A stretch of DNA of 64,000 nucleotides from Candidatus Eiseniibacteriota bacterium (GTDB lineage: Bacteria; Eisenbacteria; RBG-16-71-46; CAZEPH01). The notes beneath the pieces are model-generated. The model ran no database searches. It had not been told where the DNA came from and saw only the letters and a program-made list of their open reading frames with translations. The translations under genes were made by a program, and so were the position numbers. The DNA lies in assembly GCA_044229145.1 (NCBI GenBank), contig JBGATO010000011.1, forward strand, positions 3,162-67,161, written 5' to 3'. Of the stretch, positions 49,588 through 61,200 are shown in pieces (position 1 is the first letter of the stretch; every line of letters starts with the position of its first letter).

Positions 49588-51318
49588 CTACGGCAACACC
49601 GGCACCCGAATCACCGGCCCGGCGCCGCCGGCCGGCCGCGCGTAGTAGATGCCCGCCGGCACGCGGTGGCCGGCGCGGTCACGCAGATCCCATGCCGCCG
49701 TCGCCGTGCCGGTGGTCGCGTCGGCGCGCAGCGTGAGCCGCTGCATCACCCGTCCGGTGACGTCGAGCAGTTCGAGCCCCAGCGTGCCGCCCGGCGCCAT
49801 ATCCTGCGCCCGGAAGCGCGCCACCGCGCGTGCCGGCGACGGCGCCAGCGACAGCCGCACTGGCCGCGGGGCATCGCCCGGCCCGAGCCCGCCTTCGACC
49901 TCGGAGATCGTCCCGGCGCCGTTTTCGATGAACACGGGCTCCGGCCCCACGAGGATCGTCACCACGCCATCCGTGGATGGCACGGTTTCGATGAGCGCGT
50001 CCTCCGCCCGCTGGCCCGCCACCGTGATCGGATGTGTGATCACCACGCGCGACGCCGTGGTCTCGAGCGTGAACGGACGCGTCTGCAGCGGACACCACAC
50101 GACGTCCACCGGCCCGTGCTCGGTCTCGAACCGGATGTCGAACAGGCAGCTGTCTTCGTCCGCGTAGTCGCGGATGCTGTTGTCGGTGGCGCTGGTGTAA
50201 TCGGCGAGCTTCTGGGTGAGCAGCCGGTACGTCTCGTAGGACGGCTTGCCGTCGACATACGATTGATTGTCCGAATGCACCAAGGCGACGTTCGTCCACT
50301 TCTCGGACAAGTCCTGATTGTACGGCCCCGGCGGCAGATACTCGAACGCGTAGCACACCACACCGTTGCCCAGCGCTTCCGCGTAGTCGGACATCACGTG
50401 ATAAGCGTTCAGCGTGTCGGTGTAGCCTTCGGCGCGCGACAGGTTCGGGCCGCCGGCCTCGTAGCACCAGATCTCCTTCGTCGAATCCGCCATCAAGCTG
50501 CGCAGGTAGGCGAGTTCGCCCTGGATCGTCTGGTCCACCTGGTACGAGTGCAGGTCGACGAAATCGTAGTCGAGCGTCGAGAGATAGCGCGTGGTGCGGT
50601 TGATCCATTGCTGGAGCCGCGCCGGCGCGTAGTAGCGGTTCGACGGCGGCCGTCCATGCACGAAGCCCGCCTGGTACGCCGCGTTCCAACACAGATCGCT
50701 CGACAGGCCGATCAATCCTACCTGCGCCGTCGAATCCGCGGCCAGAATCGCCGCGCGCGTCTGGGTGTAGTAGTCGACGTACTGGTCCTCGGTGCCCTTC
50801 CAGAACGTATCTTCCTGCTCGATGTGCCAGTGATGGACGACGCACGAACTGAACGGCATGTCGTCGTGGCCATCGCCGTCGTAGCGCTCGACGATGCGGG
50901 TGATCGAATCCGTCCACGCCTGCATGTCGACCGGATAGTAGGCATTCGTGCTGTCGTCGGCGGCGGTGGTGATGGTGAAGGCGAGCTGCAAGCCGGCACC
51001 GCAGGTCGAAGTCACGCCGGCATCCGAGTCGTACCACCACCCGAAGCTGAAGTAGGGCTTCAGCATGCGGAAGCTCCACTCGGTGCCCAAGTAGCGCACC
51101 GCCGCCGTGTCGATGTTCGCGGTTTGCGCGCGATAGAGTCCGAAGTTGGTGCGCGGCCATGCGAGGCCGCTGCCCGAGCCGTTGCCGGATCCCGAGCCGG
51201 AGCCCGAGCCGCCTCCCGTTCCGGTGCCGATGGACTGTGCCTGCGCGGCTCCCGCCAGCGCCGTGATGCACGCGAGTGCGCCCCACAGGGCACGCCGCGA
51301 CCGCCATGTCGACGTCAT
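49588..51318 (-). CDS. Secreted clan GH-A-like (GH39/GH5-like) hydrolase with Gly/Ser linker and FlgD-like C-terminus
   Basis: Signal peptide; IVERYDGDG, HWHIEQED, DFVDLHSY, IWCYEAG, KPSYETY; WDLRD...AGIYYAR. Confidence 0.7.
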   Translation of the reverse strand: MTSTWRSRRALWGALACITALAGAAQAQSIGTGTGGGSGSGSGSGNGSGSGLAWPRTNFGLYRAQTANIDTAAVRYLGTEWSFRMLKPYFSFGWWYDSDAGVTSTCGAGLQLAFTITTAADDSTNAYYPVDMQAWTDSITRIVERYDGDGHDDMPFSSCVVHHWHIEQEDTFWKGTEDQYVDYYTQTRAAILAADSTAQVGLIGLSSDLCWNAAYQAGFVHGRPPSNRYYAPARLQQWINRTTRYLSTLDYDFVDLHSYQVDQTIQGELAYLRSLMADSTKEIWCYEAGGPNLSRAEGYTDTLNAYHVMSDYAEALGNGVVCYAFEYLPPGPYNQDLSEKWTNVALVHSDNQSYVDGKPSYETYRLLTQKLADYTSATDNSIRDYADEDSCLFDIRFETEHGPVDVVWCPLQTRPFTLETTASRVVITHPITVAGQRAEDALIETVPSTDGVVTILVGPEPVFIENGAGTISEVEGGLGPGDAPRPVRLSLAPSPARAVARFRAQDMAPGGTLGLELLDVTGRVMQRLTLRADATTGTATAAWDLRDRAGHRVPAGIYYARPAGGAGPVIRVPVLP

Positions 51319-51531
51319 GTTACGAAACCTCCCACTTGCGACATCGGCGGCGCCGGCCGGGGAGGCGAGATCGAGGCGAGGGAGAGCGGGGCGAGTGGGT
51401 GCGGGCGCGCAGCGCGGCGGTCCGGACCGCCGGGTTCCCCTGCCGCTTTCCGCTACTTGACGCTCCCGGCGTCAGGCAGGCACGGTCGGAGCATCTCCCC
51501 CCGCCCCTCTCAGAGGACTTGGAGGTACGTC

Positions 51532-52107
51532 ATGCGTTTCAGCTCATCGCGCATCGTGGCGGGCATCGTGGCCGCCGTGGTCGTCGCCAGCGTCGTCGCG
51601 GCCGCTCCCGCGAGCGCCAAGCCCCACAAGCGTGCGCCCGTCGCCAAAGGCGCGCCGATCACCGTCACCGAAGCGGTCGACATCGCCGCGCTCGCCAAGG
51701 ACCCCGCCAGCTTCGCCGGCAAGACCGTGCGCCTCGAGGGCACCGTCAAGGAGGTGTGCCAGGGCCGCGGCTGCTGGGTCGAAGTCGTCGACGCGAAGGG
51801 CGCCAGCTTCATGGCCAAGTCACTCGACGAATCCATCCTCTTGCCGAAGAACTGCGCCGGCCGCGGCATCATCGTGCAGGGCGTGGTGACCACGCTGGGC
51901 GGCGAGGAGAAGGCCGAGGCGAAGACCGAGGCGAAGACCGAGGCGAAGGAAGGCAGCGAGACGGCTGCGGCCGAGGGCCACGCGGCGATGCACGAAGGCC
52001 ACGAGGCCAAGGAAGGCGGCAAGGACGCCGGCGAAGCGGGCGTCGCGCCGCACGAGTGCCCGCGCCCGACGTTCGTGGTCTCGACCCAGGGCGTGCGCCT
52101 CAAGTAA
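51532..52107 (+). CDS. Secreted OB-fold DUF4920-like protein
   Basis: GGAGG RBS; signal peptide; VRLEGTVKEVCQGRGCW; acidic/His-rich insert. Confidence 0.75.
   Translation: MRFSSSRIVAGIVAAVVVASVVAAAPASAKPHKRAPVAKGAPITVTEAVDIAALAKDPASFAGKTVRLEGTVKEVCQGRGCWVEVVDAKGASFMAKSLDESILLPKNCAGRGIIVQGVVTTLGGEEKAEAKTEAKTEAKEGSETAAAEGHAAMHEGHEAKEGGKDAGEAGVAPHECPRPTFVVSTQGVRLK
51914..51948 (+). repeat. 12-bp in-frame tandem repeat (about 3 copies, EAKT)
   Basis: CCGAGGCGAAGA twice, plus CCGAGGCGAAG. Confidence 0.8.
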
Positions 52108-52186
52108 GCCCAACGCCGGGACGCAGTCGGGGGCGAGGTCGTCGCGCGACCCTCGCCCCGTGCGTTTTCCCGATGCGACGCGCGTC

Positions 52187-54586
52187 TCAGCGCGTGACGA
52201 CGATCCGCCGCTGCATCACCGCCCCCGCGTGTTCGAGCCGCGCGATGTACACACCGCTCGCCACCCCGGCGCCGGCGCCGTCACGCAGATCCCACGTCGC
52301 GGTCTGCGCCCCGGCGCCTTCGCTGCCGTCACGCAGCACGCGCACCACGCGGCCCCTCACATTGGCGATCGTCAGACGCGCACGTCCCGCACGCGGCAGG
52401 GCGAAGGCAAACGTGGCGACGGTGGGCGCCGGAGTAGCGCCCGTCAACGCGAGCGCGAGCGCCGGGCGCCCCGACGGTTCCTCGACGCGCACCGGTAACC
52501 CGCTCGGCACGTGCAGCACGGCGATGCCGCGGCTCACGCACGACATCCATAGCTCGTAGCCGTCGCTCACCGGCTTGACTTCGACGTCCTCGATTTGTCC
52601 GTGCGGCAGGCCACCCCATTGCGGGGTGCCGCCCGGCGGTGCGGGGAAGCTGCCGACGTGCGTGCCGTCCCACCAGCACAAGCCGCGTTCGGTGTACGGG
52701 TAGTCGGTGTCGTACTGCATCCACAGCCGGCCGTCGGAGGTCACCGCCCACGGCGTGACGTAGTGCCCCGGGAATGGCCAGCCCTGGTCGTAGCGCCACA
52801 TCGTGTACGCACCCGTCGTCGCGTCGAGCTTGATCAGTGCTCCACCCGTGCCGCCCTGCCCGCGCTGCACCGACGCGCCGATCCACACGACGCCGTTGGC
52901 GTCTGGCGCGAGGCCGGAGAACTGATCGCTGATGGTCGCCAGCTCTGGGAAGTCGCCGATCTGCCGTTGGAACCGATACGCGCCGTCGGTCCGCTGCACC
53001 TGATTGCCGGTGATCGTCCACACCGTGTTGGCGCGCGACGGATCCGGTCGCATCAGCGAGCCCCACCCCGACATCGGCACGGACGACCACGCGCTACCGG
53101 TGAAGTAATTCAGCGCATAGTATTCGCCGAGCGCCCACACGCGGCCGCCCGAGTCCTCGTTCAAGCGCACCGCGCCGCTCAACGTGGAGAGTTGCGTGAA
53201 GTGCGTGCCGTCCCATTCGTGGATGCCGTACGAGTACGATGCCGGCGACACCACCAGTCGCCCGTTCGACGGACGCGTGGTGAGGGCTTCGCAATTGTCG
53301 TTGAGGAACGGCCAGTCGTAGCCCAGACCGTAGGTGTCGCTGTTCCATCCCGTCCACCGCGTGCCGTCGAAGCGCACCATGCCGCCGATGCCGGCGCCCG
53401 CGTTGGCGCCCGCGTACACCGCGCCGGTCGCCTGGTCGATCGTGATGTCGTGCGAGAAGTCGTCGAACTGCGCGGTATTGGTGATGCGGTAGCGTTGCCA
53501 CGCGCCCGTCACCGGATCGCGCCGCGCCGCGCCGCCGGTGCCACTGATCCAGATCACGCCCGCCGCATCGATGTCGATCGACTCGGTCCACGCGCCGCTG
53601 CGCCAGATGCCGAGATTCGTCCACGCCGTGCCGTCGAAGCGCCACACCGTGCTGTTGCCATCGACCAGCAACGCTTGCTTGTCGCCGAACGCCTTGAACG
53701 CCCAAATGTCGTACGTGACGCCGTCGAACGGCGCCGGCGGCGACACCCATGTGCCCGCCGTCGTCAGATAGTCGAGACCTTCCCACGCGCCCGGTTGCCG
53801 CAGCCGCAACGCCCAGAAGTTGCCCTGGTCGTCGACGCAATCCTTGCCCGGCATCCCGGCCACTTGTCCCGGCGCGCCGGTGAACGGCAACTGTGTCCAC
53901 GCGCCGGTCGTGCTGTTGAAGCGCCACGCATAGCCGTAGTACGACGACGCCGTCCACACGAGATAGCCGCCGCCCGGCTTCGGCTGCACGCTGATGTAGC
54001 TGCCGCCGAGATTCCACCGCGTCCACGAGTTGGTCGACGGCGTGTAGCGCGTCACACCGCCCGCGCCCCACACCGTGCTGTACGCGACGAACCACACCGT
54101 GCCGTCCGGCGCGATGTCGACGTCGGTGTTCCACCCGCCCGGTAGCGCCGAGTTGTTGCGGTCGTAGCGCACCAGCGACGACGCGCCCACCGCCGGATCG
54201 AAGAACAGCGCGCCGCGGCCCGTCGCCATCCACAGCCGGCCGGCCGCGTCCGGCGCGAAGTCGCTCACGCGTGACGTGCCGGTCGAGTCCGGATGTCCGA
54301 TCACCGGATAGTCGACGTTCGAGAAGTTGACCCAGCGGTTCTCCGCCTGCAGGAAGTGCGCAAAGCCGCCTTCCTCGAACGACGGGTTGTAGCCGCCAAC
54401 GTACGGATCACCGTCCGGGCCGATCCACACCGCGTCGTTGTAATCGCCCTGGATGCCGGTGTTGCCGACGCGATAGTAGCGCCAGGTTTCGCCATCGGCG
54501 CGCGCGGCCACGGCCGCCACGAGCACGACGCAGCACAGAAGCACGAGATGCCCGAGTCGACGGGCGAGTTGAGGGAGGGGCTGCAT
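52187..54586 (-). CDS. Secreted Trp-rich beta-propeller protein with FlgD-like C-terminus
   Basis: AAAGGA RBS; signal peptide; repeated D..G.(L/V)W blades; WDLRDGAG..VASGVY.ARL tail. Confidence 0.82.
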   Translation of the reverse strand: MQPLPQLARRLGHLVLLCCVVLVAAVAARADGETWRYYRVGNTGIQGDYNDAVWIGPDGDPYVGGYNPSFEEGGFAHFLQAENRWVNFSNVDYPVIGHPDSTGTSRVSDFAPDAAGRLWMATGRGALFFDPAVGASSLVRYDRNNSALPGGWNTDVDIAPDGTVWFVAYSTVWGAGGVTRYTPSTNSWTRWNLGGSYISVQPKPGGGYLVWTASSYYGYAWRFNSTTGAWTQLPFTGAPGQVAGMPGKDCVDDQGNFWALRLRQPGAWEGLDYLTTAGTWVSPPAPFDGVTYDIWAFKAFGDKQALLVDGNSTVWRFDGTAWTNLGIWRSGAWTESIDIDAAGVIWISGTGGAARRDPVTGAWQRYRITNTAQFDDFSHDITIDQATGAVYAGANAGAGIGGMVRFDGTRWTGWNSDTYGLGYDWPFLNDNCEALTTRPSNGRLVVSPASYSYGIHEWDGTHFTQLSTLSGAVRLNEDSGGRVWALGEYYALNYFTGSAWSSVPMSGWGSLMRPDPSRANTVWTITGNQVQRTDGAYRFQRQIGDFPELATISDQFSGLAPDANGVVWIGASVQRGQGGTGGALIKLDATTGAYTMWRYDQGWPFPGHYVTPWAVTSDGRLWMQYDTDYPYTERGLCWWDGTHVGSFPAPPGGTPQWGGLPHGQIEDVEVKPVSDGYELWMSCVSRGIAVLHVPSGLPVRVEEPSGRPALALALTGATPAPTVATFAFALPRAGRARLTIANVRGRVVRVLRDGSEGAGAQTATWDLRDGAGAGVASGVYIARLEHAGAVMQRRIVVTR

Positions 54587-54978
54587 ACGAGGTCCTTTCA
54601 CACAAGGGCGAGGGCGGGGAACCCCCGGTGCCGGAGAAACACGGCGTGTGGAGGAGAGGAGTGAAGCGATGGTAACGGATGCGGCGGGGCGTTCAAGGGG
54701 ACGAAGGGGGCAGCGACGATCGTCACGGAGTCGTCCGGCAACCGACGCTTGCCGTCGACCTGCGTGGATCGCGCGGGCCGCGGCGCCCCGCGCGCCGGCG
54801 CGTCGGTCTGTTGCGGCGGTGGCAGGATGTGAACCCGCGACCGTTGGGGAAAGCAGCGGCGCGAGGGGCCTTCCGTCGGACGAGATGGGCCGATGTGCGC
54901 GCTCTCGAGGAAGCAGTTCCTCGCGGCGCGGTCAGGCAACGGCCCCGCGAAGGCCGGGTAGCGGGGAAGGTGCCGCGC

Positions 54979-55007
54979 TTGACGCCTCTGCAGGAACCTG
55001 CGACATT
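54979..55007 (+). promoter_or_regulatory. Candidate sigma70-like promoter for the giant surface protein
   Basis: TTGACG, 17-nt spacer, GACATT preceded by TGn. Confidence 0.4.
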
Positions 55008-55254
55008 GGTCGCACTGTCAGCTCTACTGTTCCTGTTCCCCAAGATCCATTGGAGGAGACGCGAGACCGCCGTCGCGCTCGTGGTCAACCCCTGGGGAAC
55101 TGCCTCAACACGACTCCCAGACATCGCTTCGCTCCCGCACTCCCCACCGCCCACCACGGCGCGGGAGCGGTGGTAACTCGCCGCGATCATTCCACACCGC
55201 AGCCTCCATGGTCCTCGCCCGTTTGGGTAGTTCGCACTCCTCAGAGGAGACTCC

Positions 55255-58200
55255 ATGCGCCCCACGCACTCCCTCCGTGGCCTCCCGGTCCCGCCCGGGC
55301 TTCTCGGCGTTCTGCTGTTGGTGCTCGGACTCAGCCCGCGTGCGTTCGCCGCGAGCGCCGGTGACTACCGAAGCCTCAACACCGGCAATTGGAACAGCCC
55401 CGGGACGTGGCAGACGTACGACGGCTCGTCGTGGGTCGCGGCCACCAGCACGCCGACGTCCGCCGACGGCGTCATCACAATCCGCAACAACGACAACGTG
55501 ACGATCTCCGCGGCGGGGCTCACCGTCGATCAGGTCACGGTCAATGGCGGCGGCACGCTGACGGTCGCCTCCGGCATCACCTGGACCCTCGCAGACGGGG
55601 CCGGCACCGACCTCACCATCGCCGGCCTGATGGTGAACGCGGGCGGTACGTGGAGTTTTGGCACCAACGCCACGTGGCAAGTCGACGATGGCGGGACGTA
55701 CGTGCACAACACGACCGCCGCGGTCGGCACCCTCCTCGACCGCGCGACGCTTGCCGCCGCGAGCACATTCATCTACCGCGGATCGAGCACGATTACCCCG
55801 CCGGTGAGTCTCGGCAACCGCACCTACGGCAACCTGACCTTCGAGAGCACCGCAGGCAGCTGGAGCTTCGCGCCCAACGCGAGCTCGCCGGTCACCGCGC
55901 TCGGCACCTTCTCGCTCGGCGCGAATGTCACGATGAACTCGCAGATCACGGGGCTCGTGACCATCGGGGGAAGCTTCACCAACAACGGCACTCTCAACAA
56001 CCAAGCCGGCACCCAGGCGTTTCTCTTCACCGGCCCCGCCGCGACCATCGGCGGCACGAGCGCCACGACCTTCGAACAAGTCCGCATCGCCAGTGGCGCC
56101 GTCGTCACCGTCGCATCGGCCGTCACGTTCGACGCGACGGCCGCCGACACCATCGACGGCACGCTCGGCGTGACCAACGCGACGCTGACCGTGAGCGCGC
56201 CCTCCGTCGTCGTGACCGGCACCTTCCGTCTGGGCGACGGGGGCGTGTACTCCGGCACCGCGCTGAATTACGACGGTTCCGCCTCCACACTGGAATTCGC
56301 GAACACCGCGGGCGCCTACGCGGTGTCCGGCAAGACCTATTGGCCGACGTCCAACAGCTCGCGTCCCCGCAACGTGAACGTGTCGGGGACGGGAGGCATC
56401 GCGTTGGACGCCACCGCGCGCACCGTGCCCGAGGTGTTCCAGACCGCGGGACCGGTGACCAACGCGAGCAAACTCAGCGTCAACGGCACCGCGCAGGTGA
56501 ACGCCGGCGGTTCGTTCGACGCGGCGCCCACCTTCGGCAACAACAGCACGCTGCTCTACAACGCCACAGTCAGCGTGGGACCCGAGTGGAGTGCGGGAAC
56601 CGTCGCCGGCGTCGGCGTGCCGCAGAACGTCATCGTGCAAGCCGGCACCGTGACGCTGCCCACGAGCAGTCGCACGTGTCCGGGTGATGTGTCGATTGCG
56701 GGCGGCACCCTCAAGATGAACGCGACCGCGGGTGCCGATCTCACGGTCGGTGGCAACTGGACGCTGACCTCGGGCGGCTTCACGCCGAACGGTCGCACCG
56801 TGCTGTTCAGCGGAGCCGCGCCGCAGACGCTCAGCGGCGCGACGACGTTCAACGGGTTCACGGTATCGAGCGGCGCCGACGTGGTGGTGACGGCTCCGGT
56901 GACCCTGGCGGCGGGATTCACCGCGACGGTGGACGGCGCGCTGGAACTCGGCGCGGCGCTCACCGCGTCCTCCACCCTGCGCGTCAACGGGTCCCTGCAA
57001 CTGAACGCCGGTGGCTCGATCGACACCGCGCCGTTGTACGGCGCAAGTGCGGCGCTGCGCTACAACACCACGATAAACGTCGGCGTGGAATGGGGAGCGG
57101 GCACCGTACCGGGCGCCGGAGTCCCGAAAACTGTCAGCGTGTTGAGCGGCACCGTCAGCATGCCCGCCGGCGACCGCACCTGCCCCGGCGATTTCACGCT
57201 CAGTGGCGGCGAGTTCGCTCTGAGCACCTCCAATGGACGAGACCTGAGCGTCGGCGGCAATTGGACGCTCACAGGAGGGATCTTCTCGCCCAACGGACGC
57301 ACGGTCTTCTTCAACGGGACGACACCGCAGACGCTCTCCGGGACCACATTCTTCGGCGGGCTCGTCATCGCGAGCGGGGCGAATCTCACGATCCTCTCCA
57401 TCGCGGGGGCCGACACGGGTCCCACGGTGGACGGAACCCTGCAACTCGGTGCGACCTTCACGAGTTCGCAGAACGGGCAAGTGAACGGGACCCTTCAACT
57501 CAACGCGGGCGGGCACTTTTACGCATCGGGGAATCATACCGTTCTCTACGGCCCCGCATCATTGCTGGTCTACACCGCCAGCCTGACCCCGAGCGATGAA
57601 TGGTGGGCAGCGTCGACACCGCAGGCGGTCGTCGTGCAATCCGGGACCATCACTTTGTCGGCCGGTGGTTCGTATTCGATCGCCGGCGACCTCACGCTGA
57701 GCGGGGGAAACCTGACGTCCAGCCTGGCGTCGTCCCAGCGGGTGAAACTGTCGCTGGGCGGCGATTGGGCACTGAGCGGGGGAAGCTTCACGCCCACCGG
57801 CGTGAACGTGGACTTCAACGGCACGTCACCGCAACTGCTCGCGGGCGCGACGAGTTTCGAGACATTTTCCATCGCCTCCGGCGCGAACGTGAGCTTCACG
57901 TCACCCGTCACCATCGTCGCTGGAACGACCGACACATCGTCCGTGGCGAGCGGCGGGACGCTCCAGTTGAGCGCGGCGCTGACCACCGGCGGCGCGCCGC
58001 TCGCGGTCAACGGCGCCTTGCAATGGAATGCCGGCGCCTCGCTCGACGCGGCGCCGCGATACGGTTCTACCTCGGAGCTACGCTACAACACGACCAGAAC
58101 GGTCGGAACGGAGTGGGGAGCCGGAGCGGCGGTCGGCGTTGGGGTGCCCGGGGCGGTCACCGTCTTGAGTGGCACGATCACGATGCCCTCGGCCGATCGC

Positions 58201-61200
58201 ACCTGCGGCGGCGACCTCACCCTCAGCGGCGGCACGCTCGCGCTGGGCACCGGCAACGGTAACGACCTCAGTGTCGGCGGTAACTGGACGCGGAACGGGG
58301 GGACCTTCACGCCCAACTCGCGCACCGTGTTTTTCAATGGCAAGACGGTGCAAACCCTCACCGGCGCCACCACGTTCTCTAGCATCACCGTTTCCTCGGG
58401 TGCGGATCTCAGCCTGACGTCCGCGGTGACGCTGACCTCGGGGGCGACGGTGAACGGCACACTCGAACTGGGCGCTGCGCTGACCGTGAGTTCCACCCTG
58501 CTGGTGCCGGGGACGCTCCAGTACAACGCTGGCGGGTCGGTCAGCGTGGTGCCGACTTTCTCGGGGTCCGCGACACTCGTCTACAACACGACCCAGGCGG
58601 TAGGCCCCGAGTGGGGGAGCGGCTCGGTGGTGGGATCGGGCGTGCCGAAGAACGTGACTGTGGCGGCGGGCGGCATCGTCACCATGCCGACGACGGCGCG
58701 GACGTGTGGCGGCAACCTCACCATCGACGGCGGCACGCTGACGCTGAGCACGACGGCCGGCGCCGATTTGACCGTCGGAGGCAATTGGCTGCACTCGAGC
58801 GGCACGTTCACGCACAACAGTCGGATGGTGACATTCAACGGCACCGGGACACAAACCGTGACCGGTCCGACCACCGAGACGTTTAGCGTCCTCGGCGTGA
58901 ACAAGCCGAGCGGCGCGCTGACCCTGGGCAGCAACGTCACCGTCACGAAGGCCTCGGGGGATGCGATCGTGTTGTCGAACGCCGGCACGGTGGATCTCGG
59001 GGGCTTCACGCTGCTGCTCAAGGGAGTTTACGCCAACATCGACGTCATCGGCGGCGTGCGGACGATCGGCGGCACCGGCACGTTGCTCGGCGGCGGCGGT
59101 GCCGCTCCCTGGGGCGTCGTGGCGTCGTCCGGCGGCTCGCTGACGACCGGGCCCGGCGTGACCATCACCGCCAACTTGTTCGACCCCGGTCCCGGATTGA
59201 CGACCATTCAAGGCACGCTGTCGATGGGGACGGGGGACGGACAATCCGGCGTGTGGAACAACGCGCCGATCTTCACGGCCGGGTCGACGCTGCAGTACGT
59301 CGGGCAGGGGTTCCGCGACATCGAGTGGAGCGCGACGTCAGGCGCAGGCTATCCCGCGAACGTCCGCATCTCGAGGTCGTTGGATGTGGGATTCAACGGG
59401 AAGTCCAACGTCCCCTTGCAGTGCGCCGGCGACCTCACGGTGGATGCGGACCATGCGCTGAATCTCGACAAGACCGACATGACGCAGCCGCTCGTCGTCG
59501 GCGGCAATCTATTCTTGAACGGCATTCTGTCGCTCTCCGATCTCGCGGGGGGCGATTTCACGCTCCGCGGCGACTGGAACCAGAGCGCCACGGGAACGTT
59601 CACGCCGAAGGGCCGCACCGTCAGCTTGCTCGGCACGTCCCCGCAGGCGATCGGCGGCGTGACGGCGTTCGACGGCCTCACGCTCGACAACGCAGGCGGG
59701 GCCGTGTTTGCCAACGACGTCACCGTGAACAAGACGCTGACGCTGACCGCGGGTGTCCTCACGGCCGGGACACACGCCGTGATCGTCGGGTCCGCCGGAT
59801 CGGTCGCGCGCACTGCCGGCTACGTCAATGGTCTTCTGCGCAAGAGCGTGCCGACATCCTCGGGTGTCCTCTCCCGCACATTCGAAATCGGCGATGCGGA
59901 CCGCTATGCGCCGCTCACGCTCGCGTTCTCCAAGGTGACCGTGGCCGGCACCGTCACCGCGGCGTCGCTGCGGGACGATCACCCCAATCTCGGCTCCTCC
60001 ACCTTGCAACCGACGAAGACGGCGAATCGCCACTGGACCGTCGCCAACAGCGGTGTCGTGTTCCCGACGTACGACGCCACGGTGACCTTCGATCCGGCGG
60101 ATGTCGATGCCGGCGCCGATCCCAGCGTCTTCCATCTCGAAGCGTTCACGCCCCCCTCGACGTGGTCGCCGCCCGCCGCTGGCACGCGGACCGCCACCAG
60201 CACGCAGGGCGTCGGCTTCACGCAACTCGGCGACTTGGCCACCGGCGAAGCCACCTGGGCGATCACCGCGACCGCCAGCACCAACGGCACGATCTCTCCG
60301 CCCGGCGTGACCGTCGTGCCCCAGGGCGGCAGCCAGACGTACAGCTTCACCCCCGACCCGGGCTATCACGTCTCCGGCATCTATGTCGACGGTGTGCAGG
60401 TCGTCGGCTACCTCGGCATCGCGAGCTACACCCTCACCAACGTCTCCGCGGATCACACCGTGACCGCGACATTCACCGCCGGCCAGCTCGCCTACCGCAG
60501 CGTCGCCTCAGGGAATTGGGATCTGCCCAGCACGTGGGAGAGCAGCGGCGACGGGACGACATGGAAGCCGGCGATCGCGCCCCCCGACGCCGGCGACGAG
60601 GCGATCCAAGTCCGCGCCCCACACGCCGTCACCATCGCCACCTCGACGATCGCCGATCAACTGACCGTCGAGAGCGGCGCGCAACTCACCATCGGCGCCG
60701 GCGTGGTCCTGACGATCGCCAATGGTGACGGCACCGATCTCACGGTCGCCGGCACGCTGGCCAACTCCGGCGCGCTGATTTTCGCGGCTCCCGCCGCACG
60801 GCCTAGCGCACGGCCCGCCGTCTCCGGCACGAACTGGATGTTGGCCGCCGGCGGCATCTACATCCACAACACGACCGACGCCGTCTCGCCGGTGCTCGAC
60901 GCGGGCACGATCTCGACGGCGAGCACGGTGACGTATCGCGGCTCCAGCACGCTGACGCCGCCGGTGTCCACCGACGGGCGGACCTACGGCTCGTTGACCT
61001 TCGAGAGCAGCGATGGCGGCGCGTGGCTGGCCAGCGCCGGCGGAGCGGGGGATCTCACGATCGCCGGCGACTTCGTGCTTGGTCCGGGCGTCACGTTCAG
61101 CACGTCGCAGACGGGCACCATGACGTTCGCCGGAAACTTCACCTTCGATGAGGCGATGGTCTTGGGCGCCGGGACGCAGCGCTGCGTGTTCACGGGAGTC

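Noticed and set aside
54602-55254. c-di-GMP riboswitch or ops element in the divergent intergenic region
   Set aside because: I could not find the GEMM or GGCGGTAG consensus.
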